Notes under the pieces: generated by a model
What the model was told of the DNA's origin: nothing
What the model saw: only the letters and a program-made list of their open reading frames with translations
Databases searched by the model: none
Origin: Bacillota bacterium
Lineage (GTDB): Bacteria; Bacillota; Clostridia; Peptostreptococcales; Anaerovoracaceae
Assembly (NCBI GenBank): GCA_017459895.1
Contig: JAFUCA010000003.1
Location: 25,020 to 89,019 of the forward strand
DNA length: 64,000 nucleotides
Direction of reading: 5' to 3'
Program-made: the position numbers and the translations under genes
Shown: in pieces, positions 1-9,664 of the stretch
Layout of the letters: every line of letters starts with the position of its first letter
Numbering within the stretch: the stretch's first letter is position 1

Positions 1-1
1 G

Positions 2-1201
2 TTCTCTGGAGGACAGGTCATGCTGTATGGCGAAACGCTCGAACCGCTCACGCTCACTGCCGGGCTCCGGCTCCTTCAGGTATTGTCTGTGATAAACAAA
101 AAAGAAGACGATGACTGAGAGTATGAACAGCAGCGCCGTCAGAAGGACTAGCAGAGCAAAGTGATCCTTCAGCGAGAGGAAGATTCCCTCCCCGGCCGCC
201 TCACCGGTCCTGCCGATGGCAAGGCCTGCCGCAACCAGCCAGACCGTTCCTCTTTCACAGGCAATGTCCGAAAACAGGATCACCCGGTACACAGAATAGA
301 AACCGAAGGTAAAATAACTCAGCATCCAGAAAACAGCCGCAGGAAGCGCTTCGCCCTGCAGCGCCAAAATGATGAACGGGATCACCAGGACCGTCAGCGC
401 GGTTATCGCACCATACTGCCGGCTTCGGTCCGTGACGATGCCGGCAATGATCAATCCGGCGCCATAGACGATCCGTGAGAGTTCAATGCTCACCGTCATA
501 TCGACCCCGGTAACCGAAAAGGAAAACCCGCTGCTGTTCACAAGCCCGAACAGAAAGATCAGAAGCGCAGCCGGGATCAGCGAGGTTCTTTCCCGGGACT
601 TCGCTGCCGCAACGCGCACCGGAACGGACTGCATCCCGGCATCTCCAGCCTTTGCATGAGTCCTGTGGATCACACCGAATGCGAGCAACGTCATTCCCCC
701 GCAGACTGCCAGTATATATTCCGAATAGTAGAACGCGCCTCCGCCGATCAGAGTCATCAGCCAGGAGACAAGTGTCGCAAGGCCGTATCCGATTCCGAAG
801 GCCAAGGCCCGGTGCTCCGCAGGCGTATTTCGCGTCATGTGGTACAGATAGTATCCCGCGATCCATCCGCACGCCGCGTTCATCAGAAGCCCGAAGGTGA
901 TCGCGCCATAGATGGAATCGCTTACGACGGCAGGCACCATTGTGATCATGTTCAGGAGCAGGGCAAAGTACACGAAACTTTTCGCCGCCCCGGGCCAGTG
1001 TTTCACTGCAAGGCAAAAAAGACCGATCCCCAATGCCTGCAGGAGATAGCCGGAGACTGTGCTCGTCATTCCCATTCTTTCCGCGCTCATCAGGTCCGCC
1101 AGATGATAGGTCCACGAAAGATACCCTGTGGATGTCAGCAGAAAACAAATGAAAATTACCGCAGCGCTGCCTGTAAACGATTTTCTGTCCGAAGGTTTCA
1201 T
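2..1201 (-). CDS. Multi-pass membrane protein with probable C-terminal LuxR-type HTH (12-TM LuxR-like regulator); runs off the window start
   Basis: Not in the ORF track. Hand translation from ATG at 1201 is open to the window edge: MKPSDRKSFTGSAAVIFICFLLTSTGYLSW..., with many hydrophobic helices, ending ...ERERFERFAIQHDLSSRE, which matches the LS/TxRE start of a LuxR HTH. Confidence 0.75.
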   Translation of the reverse strand, partial: MKPSDRKSFTGSAAVIFICFLLTSTGYLSWTYHLADLMSAERMGMTSTVSGYLLQALGIGLFCLAVKHWPGAAKSFVYFALLLNMITMVPAVVSDSIYGAITFGLLMNAACGWIAGYYLYHMTRNTPAEHRALAFGIGYGLATLVSWLMTLIGGGAFYYSEYILAVCGGMTLLAFGVIHRTHAKAGDAGMQSVPVRVAAAKSRERTSLIPAALLIFLFGLVNSSGFSFSVTGVDMTVSIELSRIVYGAGLIIAGIVTDRSRQYGAITALTVLVIPFIILALQGEALPAAVFWMLSYFTFGFYSVYRVILFSDIACERGTVWLVAAGLAIGRTGEAAGEGIFLSLKDHFALLVLLTALLFILSVIVFFFVYHRQYLKEPEPGSERERFERFAIQHDLSSRE

Positions 1202-1226
1202 ACCTCTATTCTAACAGGTTTTAATG

Positions 1227-1257
1227 AAAAAATGCCGGGGGTTGCCCGACATTTTTG
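1227..1257 (-). terminator. Probable intrinsic terminator after nifJ
   Basis: Hairpin AAAATGTCGGG/CCCGGCATTTTTT on the minus strand just downstream of the nifJ stop. Confidence 0.6.
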
Positions 1258-1282
1258 TACTTTTTGAGGAAACTGTATAACT

Positions 1283-4200
1283 TTACAGCTCCTCCTGCTT
1301 CTTGAAGGTCGCATACCGCTCCGCAGCGTCGTCCGCCGCCTCCTTGAAGAGCTTCTCGGCGTTCTCCGGGAAGGTGATCTTCAGAGCCGCGTAACGGTTC
1401 TCTCCGTCCAGGAAGTCCTCGTAGGCCATGCACGGCGCCTTGCAGTCGACGCACATCTTCTTCTCCTCCAGATCCGGGTTGTACCGGTACAGCGGCCAGT
1501 AGCCGGACTGGACCGCGCGCTTCATTTCTTCCTGCACGCTCTGCATACCGCTCTTGATGCCGTGGACCGTACACGGAGTGTAGGCAACGATGACCGACGG
1601 ACCCTTGTGCTCCTCCGCTTCGCGGATGGCTTTGATCAGCTGGTTCATATCGGCACCCATGGCAACGGATGCCACGTAGACATTGCCGTAGGTCTTGAGG
1701 ATCTGAGCGATGTCCTTCTTCCGGGTCTTCTTGCCCGATGCCTGGAACTCCGCCACCGCGCCCAGGGGCGTCGCCTTGGAGCTCTGACCGCCGGTGTTGG
1801 AGTAGACCTCGTTGTCGATGATGAAGACGTTGATGTCCTCTCCGGTGGCAACGACGTGATCCAGACCGCCGTAGCCGATGTCGTAGGCCCAGCCGTCACC
1901 GCCGTACATCCAGAAGCTCTTCTTGCAGAGATAGTCCTTTCTCTCCAGGATCTCCCGGGCCAGCTCGAAGGATCTGGGCTGCAGATCCTCCTGGAAGGCG
2001 TCCTCCACAGCCATCTCCTCCAGCTCGGCGATCAGAAGATCGGTCGCTTCTCTGGATTTATCGATATCATCGTAGGTATCCAGCCAGTCGATGGCGTATT
2101 CGCTGCGGGTCTCCCTGATGTATTCCTCGACCAGCTCCTTCTGCTTCTCGCGCTGCTGCCGCACGGACAGATACATGCCCAGGGCCAGCTCCGCGTTGTT
2201 CTCGAACAGCGAATTGGTCCAGGCCACACCGTAGCCCCGCTTGTTCTTGCAGTACGGGATGCCCGGCATACCGCTGCCCCAGGCCTGGGAGCATCCGGTG
2301 CCGTTGGCCCAGTAGATCTGCGCTCCGAAGAGCTGCGTCAGCAGCTTCGCGTAGGGCGTCTCCCCGCAGCCGGCACAGGCCGCCGAGAATTCGACCAAAG
2401 GCTGGCGGAACTGGCTCCCCTTGACGGAGTAGGGTGAGAACAGGTCGCCCTTGTCCGAAAGGCTCAGCGCGTAATCCCAGCGCGCCTGGGATTCTCCCGT
2501 GGGATTGGCCGGCTTCATTTCGATGGCCTTCTCTCTGGCCGGGCAGACCGGAACGCAGCTGCCGCAGCCGGTGCAGTCGTACTGTGAGATCTGCAGGCTG
2601 TAATACAGGTTGTTTCCGTCCTTGGCCTTGTAGCTGCGCAGCGGAGCGATGTCAAATCCCTTCGGGGCAGCCGCCGCCTCCTCGGCGTTCAGGATGTACG
2701 GACGGATGGCCGCGTGGGGACAGACGAAGGCGCAGCGGTTGCACTGGTTGCAGATCTCCGCCTTCCACTGGGGCACGTGAACCGCCAGGCCACGCTTCTC
2801 CCAGGCTGTGACGCCCATGTCGATCTGGCCGTCCTTCATGGTGGCCAGAATGCTGGTGGGCAGGTCATCGCCCTGCTGACGGTTGATGGGATCCACGATC
2901 TTGCGGATCATCCACGGCCGACTCTCATCCTCCAGCTCCTCTTCGATCTCGAGGTTCGCCCACTCCGGATTCACCTGGACTTTGACGAAGCCTTCAACGC
3001 CTGCCTCGATGGCCTGGACGTTTTTCTGAACCACGGCGTTTCCCTTGGATCTGTATTTGGACTTGACGGCCTTGATCATCTCCGAGACGGCCTGTCCTAC
3101 CGGAATGACGCCGGTGATGGTAAAGAACGCCGCCTGCAGGATGGAGTTCTTGTGGCTTCCCAGCCCCAGCTCCCCTGCGATCTTCGTCGCATCGATGATG
3201 TACAGGTTGATGCCCCGTTCGGCCAGCAGCTTCTTATCCGAGGGCCAGAGCTCTTTCGGCACATCCTCCACGTTCCACGGGCAGTCGATCAGCAGGGTTC
3301 CCCCCGGCTTGATCTCCTCCACGATCCGGTAATCGTCCAGGAAGTGGTGATTGTGACAGGCCACGAAGTCCGCGTTCTTGACGTAGTAGGAGCTGCGGAT
3401 CGGCTCCTTGCTGAAGCGCAGGTGGGATTTGGTCGTCCCCAGTGTCTTTTTCGCGTCGTATTCGAAATACGCCTGACCGTACATATCGGTGGTGGTATTG
3501 ATGATCTCCACGGTGCTCTTGTTGGCGCCGACGGTCCCGTCGCCGCCCAGGCCCCAGAATTTGCATTCCACCGCATCGTCTCCCTGCAGGGTAAACGGTT
3601 TCAGCGGCAGAGACTTGAAGGTCAGGTCGTCGGTGATGCCGACGGTGAATCCGTCGATGGGCTCATCGGCGATCAGATTGTCAAAGGCTGCCACGATCTG
3701 GGAAGGATCGGTGTCCTTGGAGCTCAGGCCATAGCGGCCGCCGTAGATGTCGATGTTTCTCTTCGCCTTGAAAATGGCCGTGCAGACGTCTTCGTAGAGA
3801 GGCTCGCCCAGCGCGCCCATGTCCTTGCAGCGGTCAAGGACCGCGATCCGCTCCACCGTCTGCGGGATTCCCGCCAGGAAGTGCTTCGCGGAGAACGGCC
3901 GGTACAGGTGCACCTGCAGGAAGCCGACCTTGCGGCCTTCCCTCCGCAAAGCATCCACCGCCTGCTGGACCGCGCCGGTGACCGAACCCATGGCGATCAC
4001 GATGTCGGTTGCCTCCGGATCCCCGTAGTAATTGAACAGTTCATAATTCCTGCCGGTGATCTCATTGATCTTGTGGAAATACTTCTCCACGATCTCCGGC
4101 AGATCCATGTAATCCTGGTTGTTGGACTCTCTGACCTGGAAATAGATGTCGCCGTTCTGGACCGTGTTTCGCAGCGTCGGATGCTCCGGGTTCAGCGCCC

Positions 4201-4849
4201 GGTCCTTGAAATCCTTCAGCGCCTCCGGATCCATCAGGGCCGTGATCCGGTCCATGTCCGGAAGCTCGATCTTGTTGATCTCATGGGATGTCCGGAAGCC
4301 GTCAAAGAAGTGCATGAACGGGATGCTGGATTCGATGGCCGCCAGATGAGCCACCGGCGCCAGATCGATGATCTCCTGCACATTGGCCGTGCAGTACTGG
4401 GCAAATCCCGTTTCCCGGCAGGCCATGACATCCGAATGATCGCCGAAGATGCTCATGGCGTGGGTACCGACGGTACGGGCCGCCACATGCAGCACTACCG
4501 GATGCCGCTCGCCGGCGATCCGGTACAGGACCGGGATCATCAGCATCAGTCCCTGGGACGAAGTATAACTGGTCGACAGGGCGCCGGTCTGGATCGCGCC
4601 GTGAACGGCTCCGATGGCCCCTGCCTCTGACTGCATCTCCGTCAGCGTGACGGTCTGCCCGAAGATATTCTTTCTTCCCTGGGCGGACCACTTGTCCGTC
4701 AGCGTCGCCATCGGTGATGACGGCGTGATCGGATAGATCGCTGCGACCTCGGTAAACGGGTAGGCCATATAGGCGGCCGCTTCGTTTCCGTCCATGGTCG
4801 CAAATTTCCTCTCAACACCTGTTTCTGTCATTGTACTCTCCTCACTCAA
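1283..4849 (-). CDS. nifJ: Pyruvate:ferredoxin (flavodoxin) oxidoreductase, single-chain
   Basis: YPITPS, GLGGDG, two CxxCxxCxxxCP ferredoxin motifs, ACAGCGE, GGDGWAYDIG TPP motif; 1188 aa. Confidence 0.97.
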   Translation of the reverse strand: MSEESTMTETGVERKFATMDGNEAAAYMAYPFTEVAAIYPITPSSPMATLTDKWSAQGRKNIFGQTVTLTEMQSEAGAIGAVHGAIQTGALSTSYTSSQGLMLMIPVLYRIAGERHPVVLHVAARTVGTHAMSIFGDHSDVMACRETGFAQYCTANVQEIIDLAPVAHLAAIESSIPFMHFFDGFRTSHEINKIELPDMDRITALMDPEALKDFKDRALNPEHPTLRNTVQNGDIYFQVRESNNQDYMDLPEIVEKYFHKINEITGRNYELFNYYGDPEATDIVIAMGSVTGAVQQAVDALRREGRKVGFLQVHLYRPFSAKHFLAGIPQTVERIAVLDRCKDMGALGEPLYEDVCTAIFKAKRNIDIYGGRYGLSSKDTDPSQIVAAFDNLIADEPIDGFTVGITDDLTFKSLPLKPFTLQGDDAVECKFWGLGGDGTVGANKSTVEIINTTTDMYGQAYFEYDAKKTLGTTKSHLRFSKEPIRSSYYVKNADFVACHNHHFLDDYRIVEEIKPGGTLLIDCPWNVEDVPKELWPSDKKLLAERGINLYIIDATKIAGELGLGSHKNSILQAAFFTITGVIPVGQAVSEMIKAVKSKYRSKGNAVVQKNVQAIEAGVEGFVKVQVNPEWANLEIEEELEDESRPWMIRKIVDPINRQQGDDLPTSILATMKDGQIDMGVTAWEKRGLAVHVPQWKAEICNQCNRCAFVCPHAAIRPYILNAEEAAAAPKGFDIAPLRSYKAKDGNNLYYSLQISQYDCTGCGSCVPVCPAREKAIEMKPANPTGESQARWDYALSLSDKGDLFSPYSVKGSQFRQPLVEFSAACAGCGETPYAKLLTQLFGAQIYWANGTGCSQAWGSGMPGIPYCKNKRGYGVAWTNSLFENNAELALGMYLSVRQQREKQKELVEEYIRETRSEYAIDWLDTYDDIDKSREATDLLIAELEEMAVEDAFQEDLQPRSFELAREILERKDYLCKKSFWMYGGDGWAYDIGYGGLDHVVATGEDINVFIIDNEVYSNTGGQSSKATPLGAVAEFQASGKKTRKKDIAQILKTYGNVYVASVAMGADMNQLIKAIREAEEHKGPSVIVAYTPCTVHGIKSGMQSVQEEMKRAVQSGYWPLYRYNPDLEEKKMCVDCKAPCMAYEDFLDGENRYAALKITFPENAEKLFKEAADDAAERYATFKKQEEL

Positions 4850-4959
4850 ACAAGTTGTCTTACCTAACTACGCTTATGAGCGCACCACTGTCTTTTGTCT
4901 ATATTTATACTATAAACTGTAGGGTAAAAGGAAGTATTAATTTCGCGGGGCCGCGTTTT

Positions 4960-7209
4960 TCAGACGATCATCGTCAGAGAGATCTTCTGCCGCTGCCGGT
5001 CCACGCCGAGGATCTTCACCTTGACCGTGTCTCCGACGGACACCACATCCATGGGATGGCCGACGTATTTGCGGCTCATCTGAGAGATATGGACCAGTCC
5101 GTCCTGCTTGACGCCGATGTCGACAAAGGCGCCGAAGTCGACCACGTTGCGGACGGTACCTTCCAGCTCCATCCCCTCCTCCAGATCGTCAAAGGAACGC
5201 ACATCGTTTCGGAAGATCACCGGCGGAGCATCCTCTCTGGGGTCTCTGGCCGGCTTTTTCAACTCGGCGATAATGTCGTTCAGGGTGGGTCTTCCGATTC
5301 CCATATCCTCTGCCATGGCCCTGACGCTGTCTGCCAGGCGCGCTCCGTCATCCGCCTGCTCCTTCAGCGCATCCTTCAGACCGTCCAGACCGACTCTGCG
5401 TCCCCGCTTCTTCTCCCGCTTCACCGGGTAAGCCGCGATGATCTTCGCGTCCAGCTGAGCAGCGCCGCCGGAGGTGATGTCCTCTCCGGTAATGCCGATC
5501 TTCTCCATGATCCGGCGGGTCACCTCATAGGACTCCGGATGCACAGAGGTGCTGTCCAGGGGTTCGCTTCCTCCTTCGATACGCAGAAATCCCGCGCACT
5601 GCTCGAAGGCTTTCGGTCCCAGTCCCGCCACCTTCAGCAGTTCCCGGCGGCCTTTGAATCGGCCGTGCTCCTCCCGATAAGCGACGATGTTTCTGGCAAC
5701 GGCGGGCTTGATCCCCGCGATATACGACAGCAGCGACGGGGATGCCGTGTTCAGATCCACTCCGACCCGGTTGACGCAGTTCTCAACGACGCCGGTCAGC
5801 GCCCCGTCCAGCAGCTTCTGGTTGATATCGTGCTGGTACTGTCCGACGCCGATGTGCTTCGGATCGATCTTGACCAGCTCCGCCAGCGGATCCTGCAGCC
5901 GGCGGCCCAGCGACATGGCGCCCCGGGTGGTCACATCCAGATTCGGATACTCCTCCGCCGCCAGCTTCGAAGCGGAGTAGACGGATGCTCCCGCCTCATT
6001 GACGATGGTGTACTGGATCGGTGCTCCCGTCTTCTTCAGAAAGCGGGCGATCACTTCCTCCGTCTCCCGGGAGGCGGTGCCGTTGCCGATGACGATGATG
6101 TCGCAGCCGTACTTATCGATGATCTTCTGCAGCGTGCGTTCGGTCCCGGCGATGTCTTCCTTCGGCTTGGTGGGATAGACCGTGCCGTAGGCCAGCAGCT
6201 TGCCCGTTCCGCTCAGGGCGGCGACCTTGCAGCCGGTCCGGTATCCCGGGTCGATGCTGATGACCTTCTTGTTTCGCACCGGCGGCTGCATCAGCAGATT
6301 CTCGGTGTTCTTCGCGAAGACCTTGACCGCTTCCGCCTCGGCCCGCTCGGTCAGCTGGTTTCGCATCTCCCGCTCCACCGACGGCGCGATCAGCCGCTTA
6401 TAGGCATCCTCGCAGGTCCGGCGCAGCAGCTCCTCAAAAATGCTCCCGCCGGTGATGATCTCATCTTCGATCTGCTCTGTGATCACCTGTGGCTCGATGT
6501 CCACCCGCACCTTCAGTTTCTTTTCCTTCTCGCCGCGGTTGATGGCCAGGACCCGGTGGTTCGGGATCCTGCAGATCGGCTCCGACTTGTCGTAATACAT
6601 ATCGTAAACCGTCTTCTCCTCCGGATCCGCCGCCTCGGTGGCGAGCCGGCCCTTATCCCACGTCCGTGTCCGGACCCGCTGGATCCGGTCGGCGTCTTCG
6701 GCGATCTCCTCGGCGATGATGTCGCAGGCCCCCTGCAGCGCGTCTGCCGCAGTCTCCACTTCTTTCTCCGGGTTGACGTATTCCCGCGCAAAGGCTGACG
6801 GATCCCCGGCGGTTTCTTCCTGGGCCAGGATCACCCGCGCCAGAGGCTCCAGTCCCCTCTCCCGTGCCTTCGATGCCCGGGTGGCCCGCTTCTGCTTGTA
6901 TGGCTTGTACAGATCCTCTACCCGCTGCAGAACCTGCGCGTCCTCGATCTGCTCCCTGAGCTCATCGGTCAGTTTCCCCTGTTCGTCGATCAGACGAAGG
7001 ACCTCTTCCTTTCGCTCCTCCAGTCCCCGAAGATAGGTAAGCCGCTCCCCCAGATCCCGCAGGGTCGTATCCGACATTCCGCCGGTGACCTCCTTCCGGT
7101 AACGGGCGATGAAGGGGATGGTGTTGCCCTCATCGATCAGTTCGATCGTCTTCTCAACGTAACTGCTGCGGAGCTTAAACTCCGCAGCCAGGGTCTGTAT
7201 CATATCCAT
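4960..7209 (-). CDS. tex: Tex RNA-binding transcriptional accessory protein
   Basis: GNTIPFIARYRKE, DPGYRTGCK, NEAGASVYSAS, IGVGQYQHD, C-terminal S1 domain. Confidence 0.96.
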   Translation of the reverse strand: MDMIQTLAAEFKLRSSYVEKTIELIDEGNTIPFIARYRKEVTGGMSDTTLRDLGERLTYLRGLEERKEEVLRLIDEQGKLTDELREQIEDAQVLQRVEDLYKPYKQKRATRASKARERGLEPLARVILAQEETAGDPSAFAREYVNPEKEVETAADALQGACDIIAEEIAEDADRIQRVRTRTWDKGRLATEAADPEEKTVYDMYYDKSEPICRIPNHRVLAINRGEKEKKLKVRVDIEPQVITEQIEDEIITGGSIFEELLRRTCEDAYKRLIAPSVEREMRNQLTERAEAEAVKVFAKNTENLLMQPPVRNKKVISIDPGYRTGCKVAALSGTGKLLAYGTVYPTKPKEDIAGTERTLQKIIDKYGCDIIVIGNGTASRETEEVIARFLKKTGAPIQYTIVNEAGASVYSASKLAAEEYPNLDVTTRGAMSLGRRLQDPLAELVKIDPKHIGVGQYQHDINQKLLDGALTGVVENCVNRVGVDLNTASPSLLSYIAGIKPAVARNIVAYREEHGRFKGRRELLKVAGLGPKAFEQCAGFLRIEGGSEPLDSTSVHPESYEVTRRIMEKIGITGEDITSGGAAQLDAKIIAAYPVKREKKRGRRVGLDGLKDALKEQADDGARLADSVRAMAEDMGIGRPTLNDIIAELKKPARDPREDAPPVIFRNDVRSFDDLEEGMELEGTVRNVVDFGAFVDIGVKQDGLVHISQMSRKYVGHPMDVVSVGDTVKVKILGVDRQRQKISLTMIV

Positions 7210-7232
7210 AAGCTCTCTCCTGTTCTGTTATA

Positions 7233-8399
7233 CTATATGAATGCTTTCTCGAAATTGATGGCTACTTCGCAGTTCGGGTCGATCTTCTTCACTTCCTGAT
7301 CCAGCATCTCTTCCACCGTGTCCTCCGACATGACCATGTCCGGTGATACCACCAGATCGAAAACGATCTTCGTTCTCTGTTTCCCCGAAACGATTCTCAG
7401 GTCGTGCACTTCCTCCAGACCGTCAAACCGGCGGATCTGCTCCTCCACCAGCCTTTGCATCCGGATGCGCACCGGATTGTCCACCTCCACCGGATCCATG
7501 TGCCCGGTCACCGTGATGTTCAGCCTCTCCGTCAGCTCCCGTTCGATCTCGTCGATGATGTCGTGGGCCTCTGACAGAGTTTCCCTGGAATCCACCTCCG
7601 CGTGGAAGGAAGCGAAGCTTTTGCCCGGTCCGTAATTGTAGATGATCAGATCGTGCATGCCCAGGATCCCGGGATGGGAAAGAACGATCCTCCGAATCTC
7701 GTCGATCGTCTCCTGCTCCGGCGGCTCGCCCAGCAGCGGATCGATGGTCTCCCGGATCAGCGTGATCCCGGACCAGAGGATAAAGAGCGAAACGATGCAC
7801 CCCATCGGTCCGTCCAGCTGCAGCCCGGCGAACCGGTTCAACAGCAGGCCGATGACGATGATGATGCTGGTGATCACGTCGTTTCGGTTATCGGTCCCCG
7901 CGGCGATCACCGGAAGGGACCGGATGTGTTTGCCTGTGGCGATGGTGAAGAGGGCGGAGCTTCCCTTGATCAGGATCGCGGCCAGCATAAAGATGACCAT
8001 CGTCCAGGAGAATTCCGCGGCCGTCGGGTGAATACTCCGCTCTACAGAGGTGCACAGCAGCTCCCATCCCACCACAAGAACGACGGCGGAGATGACCAGA
8101 CTGGCCAGGTATTCCGCCCTCGCGTGACCATACGGGTGTTTCCGGTCCGGGGGCTTTCCCGCGACATGGGCCCCGATCAGGGTGATGCAGGCCGCCAGAG
8201 AGTCGGCCATATCGTGCAGACCGTCCGCAATGACAGCGATGGAACCGGACAGGACTCCCAGAACGATCTTCGCTCCGCACAGGACTGCGTTCACGATGAT
8301 TCCCAGAACGCCGGTCAGTCTCGTGTACCGCCGGCGGACCGCGGGATCCTTCGTATTCTCATAATCTTTTACGAATGTTTTCCAGATGAACTGTTTCAT
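7233..8399 (-). CDS. Cation diffusion facilitator family transporter (FieF-like) with duplicated C-terminal domain
   Basis: HPYGHARAEY motif, several TM helices, two HDL-containing C-terminal repeats. Confidence 0.92.
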   Translation of the reverse strand: MKQFIWKTFVKDYENTKDPAVRRRYTRLTGVLGIIVNAVLCGAKIVLGVLSGSIAVIADGLHDMADSLAACITLIGAHVAGKPPDRKHPYGHARAEYLASLVISAVVLVVGWELLCTSVERSIHPTAAEFSWTMVIFMLAAILIKGSSALFTIATGKHIRSLPVIAAGTDNRNDVITSIIIVIGLLLNRFAGLQLDGPMGCIVSLFILWSGITLIRETIDPLLGEPPEQETIDEIRRIVLSHPGILGMHDLIIYNYGPGKSFASFHAEVDSRETLSEAHDIIDEIERELTERLNITVTGHMDPVEVDNPVRIRMQRLVEEQIRRFDGLEEVHDLRIVSGKQRTKIVFDLVVSPDMVMSEDTVEEMLDQEVKKIDPNCEVAINFEKAFI

Positions 8400-8430
8400 A
8401 GCCGGTCTATTATATCACAAAAACCGCCGC

Positions 8431-9639
8431 TCAGAATACATACTCCTGCAGCCGCCGGAAGGCCTCCTCCACCCGCGAAAGGGGCAGCGCCAGATTCATG
8501 CGGATGGAATCGGGACGGTTGAACTGACGGCCGTCCTGCCAGAGGATCCCCACCTCCACGCCGGCCCGGAGCAGCTCATCCAGGGTTTTCCCGTGGGCGG
8601 AAAGCCATCCGCCGCAGTCCAGAAGCAGCATATAGGTTCCTTCGGGGCGGAACACCTCCACCCCCTCGAAATGCTCCCGGATGAAGTCCACCGCGAAATC
8701 CGCATTCTTCGTCAGGACCTGCCGCAGTTCATCGACCCACTCGGACCCTTCCGGCCCGTAGGCGCCGATCAGGGCATGCATGGACAGCACGTTCATCGCG
8801 TTGTAGACGCTCAGATTCGACTGCCGGCGGATCCGGTCCCGCAGATAGTCGTTATAGATGATATGGTAGCTTCCCACCAGGCCCGCCAGGTTGAAGGTCT
8901 TCGACGGGGCGTAGAACGCCACGGTTCGCTGCCGGGCATCCTCGGAGACCGACTGCAGGGGGATGTGCCGGTTCCCCCGCAGGATCAGGTCCGACCAGAT
9001 CTCATCGGATATGACATAGACATTGTTTCTCTCGAATATTTCATAAGCCCGCTCCAGCTCTTCCCGGCTCCAGACCCGCCCCGTAGGATTGTGGGGCGAG
9101 CAGAAGATGACCGTATGAATGTGATACCGGCGGATCTTTCGCTCCATATCGGCATAGTCCATCCGCCAGACACCGTCCGCATCCTTCACCAGATCACTGG
9201 CGATCAGATGATATCCCATCTGTCCGACTTCATCCAGAAATCCCACATAGGTGGGCGCATGGACCAGCACGTTGTCTCCGGCGGAGCACAGGACTGCCAG
9301 CGCGCTGAGCACGCCTCCCAGCACTCCGTTCTGATAGCCGATGTGCCTCTTCTCAAGTCCCTTGACCCCGTTTCTCAGCTCATGCCACCGGATGATGCTG
9401 TCGTAATACTCCCGCCGCGGCGCGAAGTACCCGAAGGCCGGATGCTTCGCCCGCTCGACCAGCGCTTCACAGATGCTGGGAACCGTCGGGAAATTCATAT
9501 CCGCCACCCACATGGGGATCCGGTCGAACCCCTCCTTAATCTGTCCTTTCGGAGCAATGCGGTAGGGATCAATCCCCGGATCCACCGCGATGGCATCCAT
9601 GCCCCTGCGGTCGAGAATGCTGGTAAAATCGTATTTCAT
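8431..9639 (-). CDS. patB: MalY/PatB family PLP-dependent C-S lyase/aminotransferase
   Basis: PMWVADMNF, CSPHNPTGRVW, SDEIW, PSKTFNLAG motifs. Confidence 0.9.
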   Translation of the reverse strand: MKYDFTSILDRRGMDAIAVDPGIDPYRIAPKGQIKEGFDRIPMWVADMNFPTVPSICEALVERAKHPAFGYFAPRREYYDSIIRWHELRNGVKGLEKRHIGYQNGVLGGVLSALAVLCSAGDNVLVHAPTYVGFLDEVGQMGYHLIASDLVKDADGVWRMDYADMERKIRRYHIHTVIFCSPHNPTGRVWSREELERAYEIFERNNVYVISDEIWSDLILRGNRHIPLQSVSEDARQRTVAFYAPSKTFNLAGLVGSYHIIYNDYLRDRIRRQSNLSVYNAMNVLSMHALIGAYGPEGSEWVDELRQVLTKNADFAVDFIREHFEGVEVFRPEGTYMLLLDCGGWLSAHGKTLDELLRAGVEVGILWQDGRQFNRPDSIRMNLALPLSRVEEAFRRLQEYVF

Positions 9640-9664
9640 AAACAGACTCCTTTCTGTCCTCTGC

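Noticed and set aside
161-1267. ORF-track calls 161-478, 483-1148 and 656-1267
   Set aside because: They overlap the more plausible membrane-regulator frame starting at 1201 and have no protein-like features
4850-4960. AT-rich nifJ upstream region as a Rex operator
   Set aside because: No convincing TTGTGAA-N4-TTCACAA match
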